In this document: positions 29,414 through 38,806 of the stretch, piece by piece
How the letters are laid out: every line of letters begins with the position of its first letter
Numbering within the stretch: the first letter of the stretch is position 1
Assembly: GCA_965213675.1 (NCBI GenBank)
Contig: OZ243916.1
Coordinates: 2,720,001 to 2,784,000, forward strand
Source of the DNA: an uncultured Candidatus Binatia bacterium
GTDB lineage: Bacteria > Desulfobacterota > Binatia > UBA9968 > JAJDTQ01
Direction: 5' to 3'
Length of the DNA stretch: 64,000 nt
Notes under the pieces: model-generated
The model's database searches: none
What the model was told of the DNA's origin: nothing
Seen by the model: the letters and a program-made list of their open reading frames with translations, nothing else
Translations under genes and position numbers: made by a program

Positions 29414-30964
29414 ATGTTCGGCTTCGGGTCGCTGCTTGGGCTGTCGCTCCTCGGCGGAGCGCTCATTGCCACTCCCTTCCTCTGGCCGGTCCTCTTTCCC
29501 CTGGCCTGGCTGGCTCCCGTCCCTTTGCTGGCGGCGATCGAAGGCGCCCGCAACTGGCGGCAGGCACTGTGGGCCGGAGCGCTTGCGGGAACGACTACCA
29601 TCGCCTTGGGGTTCCACTGGATCGTCGACACCGTGCACGTGTTCGGCGGGGTGAACTACGCCGTGGCCGCGGCGGCGTTCGCTCTCTTCGTCGCCTACGG
29701 CGCTCTCCCGTTCGTCGCATTGGCGGCGCTGGTGCGCGCGTGCGGGATGGGACCGCTCAGCGTTTTTCCCGCAACGTTCTGGGTCGCCATCCAGTTCTGG
29801 CATCCCAACCTGTTTCCCTGGTATCTCGCCGCGAGCCAGAACCCGTTCACCCTCCTGGTGCAGGCAGCGGACCTGACCGGACACCACGGCGTCACCTTCC
29901 TGTTGCTGTGGTGCGGCACCGCGCTCTACCAGTGCCTGCGCGCCCGCCGCGGGGGTGGGATGCCGCGTCGGGCAGCGTGGTCCCTGACGGTGGCCGGCGC
30001 CGTGTTGGCCGCGACCCTGGTTTACGGACAGGTGCGCCTGGCCCAGGTCGACCGTGCGACGAAGGAAGCCGCAACTCTCGACGTCGCGGTGGTGCAGGGC
30101 AACATTTCCATCGAGCGGAAGGGCAAGAACGCCTTTCTCAAGGCCAACCAAGCCACCTACAAGGCCCTGTCCCTGCAGAACGCGGACGCCGATGTGGTCA
30201 TCTGGCCGGAATCGGCCATGGAAACCTGGCTGCGCGAGAACGGCCAACGCATCCCCCCGAAACTCCTGCCCGCGCGCCACCCTTACATGATCGTGGGCGC
30301 CGTCAGCTACCGGCGCGAACCGGTGGTCCGCCTCCGCCGGTACAACAGCGCCGTGGCGGTGGACCCCGCGGGCGCGGTGGTGGGACGTTACCACAAGCGG
30401 GTGCTCCTCGCCTTCGGCGAGTACGTGCCGCTGGCATGGCTCATCGACTGGGTTCCGGGGGTGCAGGCCATCGGCGAAGGCTTCACCGCGGGCGAGGTCG
30501 CCACACCCTTCATCCTGCCCAAGGGTGCGCGGGCCGCGCCTCTCATCTGTTACGAGGACCTGATGCCTGCGCTCTCCCGCCACTTCGTGAGGAACCAACG
30601 CGCCAACCTCCTGGTCAACCTGACCAACGACGCGTGGTACGGGGACACCGCGGCGCCGTGGCAGCACGCATGGCTGGCGCAATGGCGCTCCATCGAGACG
30701 CGGCGGGCCATGGTGCGCGCCACCAATACCGGCGTCACCGCAGTCATCGATCCGGCCGGACGCATGTCCGAACCGCTGCCGGTGTTCAGCGAAGGGGTGC
30801 TGCGGGCCAGGGTGCCGCTACTGGAAATGGAGACCTTCTACGTGCGCCACGGCGACTGGTTCCCCTGGCTGATGACGGCGGTCACCGCGGCCGCCGCGGC
30901 CGGGATCGCTCGTAGACCGGGCCGGCGCCGGAAAACACGCGCCCAGCGGCGGCGAAGCATCTGA
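29414..30964 (+). CDS. lnt: apolipoprotein N-acyltransferase
   Basis: TM N-terminus, VQGNI, IWPES, YHK..L..FGEY.P, ICYE, TNDAWYG, RATNTG. Confidence 0.93.
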   Translation: MFGFGSLLGLSLLGGALIATPFLWPVLFPLAWLAPVPLLAAIEGARNWRQALWAGALAGTTTIALGFHWIVDTVHVFGGVNYAVAAAAFALFVAYGALPFVALAALVRACGMGPLSVFPATFWVAIQFWHPNLFPWYLAASQNPFTLLVQAADLTGHHGVTFLLLWCGTALYQCLRARRGGGMPRRAAWSLTVAGAVLAATLVYGQVRLAQVDRATKEAATLDVAVVQGNISIERKGKNAFLKANQATYKALSLQNADADVVIWPESAMETWLRENGQRIPPKLLPARHPYMIVGAVSYRREPVVRLRRYNSAVAVDPAGAVVGRYHKRVLLAFGEYVPLAWLIDWVPGVQAIGEGFTAGEVATPFILPKGARAAPLICYEDLMPALSRHFVRNQRANLLVNLTNDAWYGDTAAPWQHAWLAQWRSIETRRAMVRATNTGVTAVIDPAGRMSEPLPVFSEGVLRARVPLLEMETFYVRHGDWFPWLMTAVTAAAAAGIARRPGRRRKTRAQRRRSI

Positions 30965-31116
30965 TCCAGGAGCCTGTCCGAGTATTCGGGAATGTACCGC
31001 AAGGCATGGAAACCGTGTAGGGGCACCCGCCAATCCCCCTTGCCCAGGGAGACTGTGATCGAATGGATTACGTTCGTGCCGAGGGTCGCGCAGCGAAGTC
31101 GGAGGACGGCTCCTGG

Positions 31117-31665
31117 TCAGGCCGGACGGAACTCTTCAAGCGCCCGCAGCATCCCGTCCACGGTGTCGGCGACGAGCAGCTTGTCGCGGTGCTTCTCCTT
31201 GAGGAATCCCTGTTCCACCGCGTGGTCGAGGAAACCGATGAGGTGTGCGTAGTAGTCCATCACGTTGAGCAGCCCGCAGGGCTTGGAGTGAAAACGGAGC
31301 TGCAGCCAGGTGATCATCTCGGCGATCTCTTCGAGCGTACCGTAGCCACCCGGCAGCGCGATGAACCCGTCCGAAAGGCTTTCCATCAGCGCCTTGCGCT
31401 CGTGCATGGAAGCCACCACCCTGAGTTCGGTGAGATTCGAGTGTACGACCTCGTTCATCATCAGCGCCGTGGGAATGACGCCAATGACGTCGCCGCCCTC
31501 CTCCAGGGCCGCGTCGGCCACGCAGCCCATGAGGCCGATGGAGGCGCCGCCATAGACCACACCAATACCGCGGCGCGCCAGTTCCCGCCCCAATGACGCC
31601 GCCGTCCCGGCGTACTCCTCCAGCACGCCGGTGCTGGAGCCGGAAAAGACACAGACTCGCTTCAT
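31117..31665 (-). CDS. LOG family nucleotide phosphoribohydrolase
   Basis: VYGG..GLMG, MHERK, PGGYGTLEE. Confidence 0.93.
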   Translation of the reverse strand: MKRVCVFSGSSTGVLEEYAGTAASLGRELARRGIGVVYGGASIGLMGCVADAALEEGGDVIGVIPTALMMNEVVHSNLTELRVVASMHERKALMESLSDGFIALPGGYGTLEEIAEMITWLQLRFHSKPCGLLNVMDYYAHLIGFLDHAVEQGFLKEKHRDKLLVADTVDGMLRALEEFRPA

Positions 31666-32040
31666 TCAAGCTCCCGGATCATGACGCCCGGCCGGCGCGG
31701 GGCTGTCCGTGGCGCCCGGTTCCTGGGAAACCAGCCTGAGCCCGACGATGCCGGCCAGGATCAGCGCGATGCACACGAACCGCAACGCGTCCCTCGATTC
31801 CCCAAAAAAGATCATGCCCAAGGTCACCGTGCCCACGGCGCCGATGCCAGTCCACACGGCGTAAGCCGTGCCCACCGGCAGGGTCTTCACCGCCAGCGAC
31901 AGGAAATAGATACTCACTCCCATGGTTGTGATCGTCACCACGCTCGGCCACAGGCGGGAGAACCCCGCCGTGTACTTGAGCCCGACAACCCAGAACACTT
32001 CGAACAGTCCGGCAATGCACAGGTAAGTCCAACCCATCAT
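31666..32040 (-). CDS. sugE: SMR family exporter SugE/Gdx
   Basis: [29 protein letters not shown]. Confidence 0.88.
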   Translation of the reverse strand: MMGWTYLCIAGLFEVFWVVGLKYTAGFSRLWPSVVTITTMGVSIYFLSLAVKTLPVGTAYAVWTGIGAVGTVTLGMIFFGESRDALRFVCIALILAGIVGLRLVSQEPGATDSPAPAGRHDPGA

Positions 32041-32151
32041 GCGACTCCCAATTTCCGGACCCCTCCATCATGCCGCCCTCGCGCCATATGGTCCTTCCCG
32101 CGCAAGTTTACCCTCGGAGCCTGCGGCGCAGGCATTGCCCCGGTTTCGCTC

Positions 32152-32817
32152 ATGGCCGATACTACCGTGGCGATGTCCGGTCCTGCCCCGATGTCTCCTC
32201 CGGCCCATTCGGAGCACTGCCGCGCGTGCAAGGTCCGGCTGCACGAACTGCTCACCGCGCTTTACCCGGGCGCGTGCCGCCGGGACCCTTCGTTCCCATG
32301 GCCCAGCAAACCCGAGGCGTACCGCGGCCACCCCATCGGGGCGGTGCTGCAACAGATCTTCGACGCCCTGCGCGACCATCGGGGCTACGGGAATTTCATT
32401 CGCACACCCTGGATGCCGCCGTGCGACTACCACTTGGACAGCATCGCAGGGGCCAGTATCGCAGGGGACACTATAGCAAGCCCCGGATTCATTCTGGAAT
32501 TCGACGAGCGGCAACACTTCACCCGGCCCCGCGCCATCGCCCTGGGCCTGTACCCGAAGGACCTGCGCATGGGCTTCCCCGCCGGCGAATGGCTGCGGCT
32601 GTGCGCGGTGCTGAACGCGCGCGACCCCGAGCCGCCCGACCGGGACGAACGGCGGGCATGGTACGACACCTTGAGGGATCTGCTCCCCCTGGTCCATGGA
32701 CTCGGCCCCACCGTGCGCCTCTACGAGGGCGCGCTGCGCTGGTGCGAACTGCGTCCCGACGCACCCGCGGACGTGGCGCGTTTCAGGTCTTTTCTCGAAG
32801 GAGGCGCCATAGTATAG
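32152..32817 (+). CDS. hypothetical protein, possible PD-(D/E)XK-like nuclease
   Basis: HCRACK; CDY...ILEFDERQHF; ERRAWYD.LRD; start uncertain. Confidence 0.55.
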   Translation: MADTTVAMSGPAPMSPPAHSEHCRACKVRLHELLTALYPGACRRDPSFPWPSKPEAYRGHPIGAVLQQIFDALRDHRGYGNFIRTPWMPPCDYHLDSIAGASIAGDTIASPGFILEFDERQHFTRPRAIALGLYPKDLRMGFPAGEWLRLCAVLNARDPEPPDRDERRAWYDTLRDLLPLVHGLGPTVRLYEGALRWCELRPDAPADVARFRSFLEGGAIV

Positions 32818-32892
32818 AGGGCGAAGAACGCGAAGGGGTTGATGCGCGCGACGGGCGGGACGCAGCCAGACTACAACGGAAGGAGCGATGGC

Positions 32893-33414
32893 GTGGCGCG
32901 AGACAACGACGCCGACAGGCTCAAGGCGGGGGATCTCATCCGTGAGATCAAACGGGCCGGCATCCGTTTCATCGTGGCCCTGCCCGACCGGACCACCAGC
33001 GAGCACCTGCTGAAGAACATGATCAAGGATCCCGACTTCCAGGTGGTGCAGGTGTGCAAGGAAGACGAGGGGGTGTCCATCTGCAGCGGGCTCTACGCCG
33101 CCGGGCACCGGTCGCTGCTGCTGATGCAGTACACGGGCCTGTTGGACTCCATCAACGCGGTCCGCGGCGTTGCCGTGCAGGGGAAGAACCCGGTGTGCAT
33201 GATGGTGGGGATGCTCCAGAAGGAGCCCGGCGTCCCCCCCAGGCAGTCCAGGCGCTACGGCCTGCGCATCGTCGAGCCGATCCTGGAGGCGATGGAGGTG
33301 GAGTACCACAACATCGAAGCCCCCGGCGAAGCGGACAAGGTCGTGCCCGCGGTGGAAGCGGCCTATGCGGACGCGAGGCCGGTGGTCATGCTCATCGGAC
33401 GGGAGCCTGTCTGA
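32893..33414 (+). CDS. TPP-dependent decarboxylase alpha subunit (sulfopyruvate decarboxylase ComD-like)
   Basis: ALPD, KEDEGVSICSG, LMQYTG; GTG after AGGAG. Confidence 0.8.
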   Translation: MARDNDADRLKAGDLIREIKRAGIRFIVALPDRTTSEHLLKNMIKDPDFQVVQVCKEDEGVSICSGLYAAGHRSLLLMQYTGLLDSINAVRGVAVQGKNPVCMMVGMLQKEPGVPPRQSRRYGLRIVEPILEAMEVEYHNIEAPGEADKVVPAVEAAYADARPVVMLIGREPV

Positions 33415-33416
33415 CC

Positions 33417-33983
33417 ATGATGAAACGCGACGAATGCCTCAAGGTTCTGGCGCGCCACCGCACCGGCGAGATCGTGGTGGCGGTCTACAAGGCGGCGCAG
33501 GATTGGATCCACATCGCGCCGTCCGACCTCAACTACACGTTCACCGGCGCCATGGGACAGGGTTCGTCCCATGCGCTGGGCCTGGCCCTCGGCCGCCCCG
33601 ACAAGCGGGTGGTGATGCTGGACGGCGACGGCAGTCTGCTCATGAACCTGGGCAGCCTGGTCACCATCGCCAACGCCGCGCCAAAGAACTTCGTGCATTG
33701 CGTGTGCGAGAACGGCACCTACGAGACCAACGGCGGCGTCCCCATCCCGCGTCACGACGGCTTCACCTTCACCGGCGTTGCGCGTGAGGCCGGCTACGTC
33801 AAGACCTACACCATCGACAACCTGGAAGACTGGGAGCGCAACCTCGACACCATCCTCAAGGAGGACGGTCCCATCCTGGTGGACCTCAAGATGGAACCGG
33901 GCGAAGACTACCCGGAGAACTTTCCCCGCCTGTACAGCACCGAGTACCGCGACCGCTTCGCCAAGGCGCTGGCGGAGTCGTAG
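33417..33983 (+). CDS. TPP-dependent decarboxylase beta subunit (ComE-like)
   Basis: GAMG, DGDGSLLMNLG...ENG TPP motif. Confidence 0.85.
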   Translation: MMKRDECLKVLARHRTGEIVVAVYKAAQDWIHIAPSDLNYTFTGAMGQGSSHALGLALGRPDKRVVMLDGDGSLLMNLGSLVTIANAAPKNFVHCVCENGTYETNGGVPIPRHDGFTFTGVAREAGYVKTYTIDNLEDWERNLDTILKEDGPILVDLKMEPGEDYPENFPRLYSTEYRDRFAKALAES

Positions 33984-34142
33984 TGTGGTGTCTGGTTAAT
34001 TCGCGCATAATCTGCGGAGGATTTTTTGTTGTCGGCAAGGCGCGATGACGAGCAGTGGCGTGTACCACGCGAGGAAGAGCAACGCAGCCGACGGCGAATA
34101 AGACCCGCAGATTATGACGCGTATTAACCAGACACCACACTA
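33981..34142. mobile_element. 162-bp MITE, copy 1
   Basis: ~37-bp terminal IRs TAGTGTGGTGTCTGGTTAAT...; near-identical inverted copy at 57404-57565. Confidence 0.85.
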
Positions 34143-34180
34143 GGAACCAGCATTCCCGCGTCCCTCCGTCGCGTCCCCCC

Positions 34181-34300
34181 GTCATGCCCGCAAGACAGGC
34201 CGTGTCAAAACGCTGTTCGGACGCAGCAGGACGCCAACTCCCGAATCGTCATTCCCGCGAAAGTTTGCCCTCGACACGGTTCGGGGGCGGGAATCCAGGG
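34181..34300. repeat. GTCATTCCCGC-family composite repeat
   Basis: ACAGGCCGTGTCAAAACGC matches the end at 11949-11966 (reverse complement); GTCATTCCCGCGAAAG..GCCCTCGAC..GGGGGCGGGAATCCAG. Confidence 0.75.
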
Positions 34301-35289
34301 TCGGTGGAGGGGGCCTGCGCTTCCGGATTGAGCACGTTCACCGGCTTGCCCCCGGTGAACGCGACGACATTGGCAAAGGCGCTCTGGTAGCGCTGGTACA
34401 AGATCCGGTCCACGGCGTAGCCGCGGTGGGAGGCCAGGATCACGTTGTCGAAGCCACGCAGCGGATGGTCCGGAGGCAGCGGCTCCTCGTCGTAGACATC
34501 CAGACCCACCCCGCCGGGATGCCCCCGCTCCAGCGACTCGATCAGCGCTTCCTCCGAGATGACCGGTCCGCGCGCGGTGTTGATGAGCAGCGCGCCGGGT
34601 TTCATGCGCTCCAGCGCGCGGCGGCCGATGAGTCCGCGGGTCTCGGCATTCAGCCGGCAGTTCACCGACACCACGTCCGACGCTTCAAGCAGCGCGTCCA
34701 GGGACACGCGCCGCGCCCCCGCCTCCACCGCCCGCTCGTCGGTCAGGGTCTTGCCCGTGGCCAGCACCTCCATGCTGAAGGCCCGCGCGATGCGCGCCAC
34801 CTTGCCACCGATGCGGCCCAGCCCGATGACGCCCAGGGTCCGCCCCTCCAGCAACAGCCCCACGGACGGCGGCCACCCGCCCTCGCGCATTCCCTGGCTC
34901 ACGGACGGGATCTGCCGCGCCAGCGCCAGCAGCAGCGCAAAGGTCAGCTCCACCGTGGACGCGCCGGAGTCGTTGGGCGTGCACGACACCAGGATTCCGC
35001 GGCGCGTGGCCTCCGCTACGTCCAGGTGCGGTATTCCGCGGCCGATCTGGGAAACGAAGCGCAGCGACCGGGCCAGCGCGAACTCGCGCTCACGGAACGG
35101 CGAGCGCTCGCGCATGAGCACCACCGCGTGCGCGTCGCCCACTGCGGCGGCCCATTCCTCGTCGCTGGTGAGCTTGCGCTCGACCACGTGGACGTCGGCC
35201 ACGGCCGCCACCTCTTCGTACGCCGGAACCGTCGTCGAGAACTTCTCGTAGTCGTCCAGCACCACCACACGAAAGCGATCATTCATCAT
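34249..35289 (-). CDS. D-2-hydroxyacid dehydrogenase family protein
   Basis: VVLDDY, MRER, GLGRIG, LINTARG, LDVYDEEP. Confidence 0.9.
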   Translation of the reverse strand: MMNDRFRVVVLDDYEKFSTTVPAYEEVAAVADVHVVERKLTSDEEWAAAVGDAHAVVLMRERSPFREREFALARSLRFVSQIGRGIPHLDVAEATRRGILVSCTPNDSGASTVELTFALLLALARQIPSVSQGMREGGWPPSVGLLLEGRTLGVIGLGRIGGKVARIARAFSMEVLATGKTLTDERAVEAGARRVSLDALLEASDVVSVNCRLNAETRGLIGRRALERMKPGALLINTARGPVISEEALIESLERGHPGGVGLDVYDEEPLPPDHPLRGFDNVILASHRGYAVDRILYQRYQSAFANVVAFTGGKPVNVLNPEAQAPSTDPGFPPPNRVEGKLSRE

Positions 35290-35348
35290 GGTAGTCAGCT
35301 TACCGATTGACCAGCTCCGAAGGAAGGACACACAGCCACGTCTGTGAT

Positions 35349-35372
35349 GGGGCGACCGCCGGTCACCCCTAC
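35349..35372. repeat. GTAG-type REP-like hairpin
   Basis: GGGGCGACCGCCGGTCACCCCTAC, related to 27598-27620. Confidence 0.6.
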
Positions 35373-35555
35373 AAGTCATCGCGCCGTGCCGACGACAAGC
35401 GTTCTGCGCATTCGGATCAACGGTTTCGTGAAACGCCACACGGGTCGCGCCGCTTGGCCGACCATCGTGTGGGTTCAGGTATGGACGCCGCGGGTTGCGC
35501 GGGTCGGACGTTTGTGACACGTCCGTTTCCACTACCCTGTTGCGGAGGCAATTCC

Positions 35556-35903
35556 ATGAGCCAGTTGACCGAAGAAAAGTGCGTGGCGTGCCGCGCGGAC
35601 GCCCCGGTGGTGACGCCGGAGGAAATTGACGAACTCAAGCCGCAGATGGCGGACTGGACCATGATCGAGGAGGACGGCATTCCCAAGCTCGACCGGCTCT
35701 TCAAGTTCAGGAACTTCACCCAGGCGCTGGGGTTCACGGCGGCGGTGGGCGACATCGCCGAGGCGGAAGGGCACCACCCTCGGATCGTCACCGAGTGGGG
35801 CCGCGTGCGCGTCACTTGGTGGACCCACAAGATTCGCAACCTGCACCGGAACGATTTCATCATGGCGGCCAAGACCGACCGGCTCTACGGCGAAGCCGGA
35901 TGA
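35556..35903 (+). CDS. phhB: pterin-4-alpha-carbinolamine dehydratase
   Basis: AEAEGHHP, WWTHKI..LH.NDFIMAAK. Confidence 0.93.
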   Translation: MSQLTEEKCVACRADAPVVTPEEIDELKPQMADWTMIEEDGIPKLDRLFKFRNFTQALGFTAAVGDIAEAEGHHPRIVTEWGRVRVTWWTHKIRNLHRNDFIMAAKTDRLYGEAG

Positions 35904-36133
35904 CCGATCCAGCGACCTGTCGGGTTTGGCTTGCGCCCTTGGACTTCGTCCCCGCGCAGCCTGTGCCGAGCCCGTCGTGGGGCGCTGCATGGTTCACGAT
36001 CCCTCGAATCGGCGCCCGGGCCGCCCCGGCGGTCGGGACTGGCGCATCGCGCGCGCTCTTCCCGGATTGACACGCGGCAACGTCTTGCCGTATTCACGGG
36101 GCTGATCAACGCCCATTTGTGGAGGGAACGCAC

Positions 36134-37147
36134 ATGGCAGACTATCCCATTCTGGATGCGGACTCGCACATCCGCGAGACCGCCGACGACTACCGCTCCC
36201 GCGTGCCCGAAGTGTACCAACGCATCCGTCAGGGGTTCTTCCCCAGCGACACCTGGGACCGCTTCCTCGGCCGCATGGGCAAGCAGACCATTGGCACGAA
36301 CGGCTACGTCGCGGACATGGACGTCGAGGGCATCCAATTGAGCGTCACCTACCCCACCATGGCGCTGAGCCTGAGCCTCGTGCCCCAGAGCGATCTCCAG
36401 AAGGCGCTGGCGCGCGCCTGGAACGACTACATCGGCGAGGTCCAGCAGCACAACCCGCGCATGAAGGGCGTCGCCACCGTGTCACTGAAGGACGTGCCCG
36501 CGGCGTGCGAGGAGTTGAACCGCGCCGTGAACAAGTGGCGCCACCCGGGCGTGATGCTCCACACCCACGGCCACAAGAAGAACCTGGGCGCCGAAGAGTT
36601 CTGGCCCATCTACGCGGAGGCCGAACGGTTGGGCATCCCGGTGTGCTTCCACGGCAACTCCTGGGGCGCCGAGGGACAGGAACGCTGGGAAACCTTCCTC
36701 CAGGCCCACACCGTGAGCTTTTCCTTCGAGATCATGCAGGCCTTCCTGGGCATCACCACGTGCGGGGTGCTGGAGCGCTATCCCAAGCTCAAGGTGGGTT
36801 TCTTCGAGGCGGGATGCGGGTGGCTGCCATACTGGCTCGACCGCATCGACGAGCACTACGAGCGCCGCAGCGAGGAAGCGCCGCTGCTCAAGGGCAAGCC
36901 CAGCGACTACGTGAAGAACGGACGGGTGTACGTGAGCTTCGATCCCGACGACGCCATGCTGCCCTATTGCATGGACCGCTACGGCGACGACATGTGGCTG
37001 TTCGCCGCCGACTATCCCCACTGGGACACCATCTGGCCCAACGCCACCAAGGAGGTGCGCGAGCGCACGGACATCACCGAGGACCAGAAGCGGAAGGTCT
37101 TCTTCGACAACTGCAACCGGTTCTACAGCTTGGGGTTGGAGGCGTAG
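36134..37147 (+). CDS. amidohydrolase_2 family protein
   Basis: DADSH, FEAGCGWLP, FAADYPHWD. Confidence 0.9.
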   Translation: MADYPILDADSHIRETADDYRSRVPEVYQRIRQGFFPSDTWDRFLGRMGKQTIGTNGYVADMDVEGIQLSVTYPTMALSLSLVPQSDLQKALARAWNDYIGEVQQHNPRMKGVATVSLKDVPAACEELNRAVNKWRHPGVMLHTHGHKKNLGAEEFWPIYAEAERLGIPVCFHGNSWGAEGQERWETFLQAHTVSFSFEIMQAFLGITTCGVLERYPKLKVGFFEAGCGWLPYWLDRIDEHYERRSEEAPLLKGKPSDYVKNGRVYVSFDPDDAMLPYCMDRYGDDMWLFAADYPHWDTIWPNATKEVRERTDITEDQKRKVFFDNCNRFYSLGLEA

Positions 37148-37206
37148 CGCGGAGGGGTCTCTCGGATCTCGACGGGGGTTAGCGCACCGCCGACTCGCAC
37201 CGGGGT

Positions 37207-38640
37207 CTACAACCCCAGCTCCCCGGCCACGGCGTTTTCCACCACGGTGCCCTTGAAGAACTCGGGGTTGTTGCGCGTGTGCAGGCGCGCGGCGTTGGTG
37301 AAGGTGAACTCGCGGAAGTCCTGTTCGGTCACGTGGCCCTTCTCCACCATCTCGTGGGCCTCGGGAATGACCTCCTTGAAGTCGGGCACGTCGAAGTGCG
37401 TGAAGTCGGAGCTGAATATCGGCTGCAGGCGCACGCCCATCCGCGGATCGAACGCCCACATGGTGGCGCGGTCGTCGGCCTCGCAGCCAAAGAAGAAGTT
37501 GGTGGCGAACACCGCCTCGACATCCTCTTCCGAGTTGATCCCCGCAGCCTCGAAATCGTCCACCACATGCTCGGGCCTGGACAGCTCCTCGACGCTGCAG
37601 TTGGGCCGGAACGCGTCGAGATTGTTCATGAGGGCGTCGGCGTTGGCCTTGAGCCGCTCGTCGCCGTAGCGCTCGATGAATCCCTTCAACTCCTCCACGT
37701 CGGTGTCGCTGGGGTACTGCAACCCGGCGCGCCGGCGCTTTTCCCAGTGCTCGATGAGATCGAAGCACATCTGGCAGGCCCAGCTTATGCCACCTTCCAT
37801 GAACCCGAAGTTGAGGCTCGGGTAGCGGTTCACCAAGCCCCCGAGGAAGACGCCGCGGGCGAAGGCGTGGTTCGACTCGGCGAAGTGGCCCACATGGTTG
37901 AAGGTGAAGTTGCTGATGGAGGCGCGGTCGTGCCAGCGGCCGCTGCCTGAATGTTGGGTCACGGCCACGCCCAGCTCGACACAGCGGCGCCACACGGGCT
38001 CGTAGTCATACGGGCTGTCCAGGGCGATGTTGTCGCAAAACCAGGCGGCCTTGCGCGGATCGATGCCCTCGGCCGCCACCGGGACCTTCCGCTCCTGGTT
38101 GCCGCGCAGCATGATGGCCCGGTATCCGCGCTGCACCACCGCGTACTCCAACTCTTCGAGGGCTTCGCCGGGATTATGCGCCGGGATGATGGCCACCGGA
38201 CAGAAACGCTCCGCGTACGGCCCGAACATGTCCGCCGTCATCATATTGTAGGCGCGCACGCCGGCGCGGTGCAGATCATCGTCCTGGATGCCGTTCACGC
38301 TCAGTCCGAAGCTCGGGTAGATCATCGCGAAGTCGATGCCCAGTTCCGGGAGCCGCTCGTTCAGCAAACCCGGCAGGAGACCCGTGGCCTTGTCGAAGGT
38401 GTTCGCGGTGACGCCCCACCAGATGGTGCGGCGCATGCGGTGGTGCTGGCGCTCCTGCGGCGTCGCCCCGTACCAGGACTGGTTCCGGCGCCACAAGTCC
38501 CTGATCTTGTCCACGGCTCCAGCCCCGCCCGCTTCGCTCAAGTATTCGAGGAAGACCGGGATCGGTTCGATCCAGTGCCCGTCGCCGTCGATCACCGGGT
38601 GCTTCAAGCTGTCGTGTATCCGTTGCGCTTCGTTTGCCAT
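37207..38640 (-). CDS. amidohydrolase_2 family protein (long form)
   Basis: HPVIDGDGH, FMEGG, FGCEADD, FSSDFTHFD. Confidence 0.9.
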   Translation of the reverse strand: MANEAQRIHDSLKHPVIDGDGHWIEPIPVFLEYLSEAGGAGAVDKIRDLWRRNQSWYGATPQERQHHRMRRTIWWGVTANTFDKATGLLPGLLNERLPELGIDFAMIYPSFGLSVNGIQDDDLHRAGVRAYNMMTADMFGPYAERFCPVAIIPAHNPGEALEELEYAVVQRGYRAIMLRGNQERKVPVAAEGIDPRKAAWFCDNIALDSPYDYEPVWRRCVELGVAVTQHSGSGRWHDRASISNFTFNHVGHFAESNHAFARGVFLGGLVNRYPSLNFGFMEGGISWACQMCFDLIEHWEKRRRAGLQYPSDTDVEELKGFIERYGDERLKANADALMNNLDAFRPNCSVEELSRPEHVVDDFEAAGINSEEDVEAVFATNFFFGCEADDRATMWAFDPRMGVRLQPIFSSDFTHFDVPDFKEVIPEAHEMVEKGHVTEQDFREFTFTNAARLHTRNNPEFFKGTVVENAVAGELGL

Positions 38641-38806
38641 GGTCGGACTCCTGTCGTTGTGGGCTGGTGTCCTGTCACATGAACTCCGACAGGACACCAA
38701 GGGTCTGCGCCGCGGAAGCCTTGACGCTGGCCTCGGCGCGGATGCCTGGTGGCGGATCCAACGATCTCGCCACAACCTACCATACCACCTGCCCACGCGC
38801 ACCGTT

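Noticed and set aside
32041-32200. Guanidine riboswitch upstream of sugE
   Set aside because: I could not find twin ACGR-loop hairpins or ykkC-I/III consensus on the minus strand by eye; an Rfam scan would settle it.
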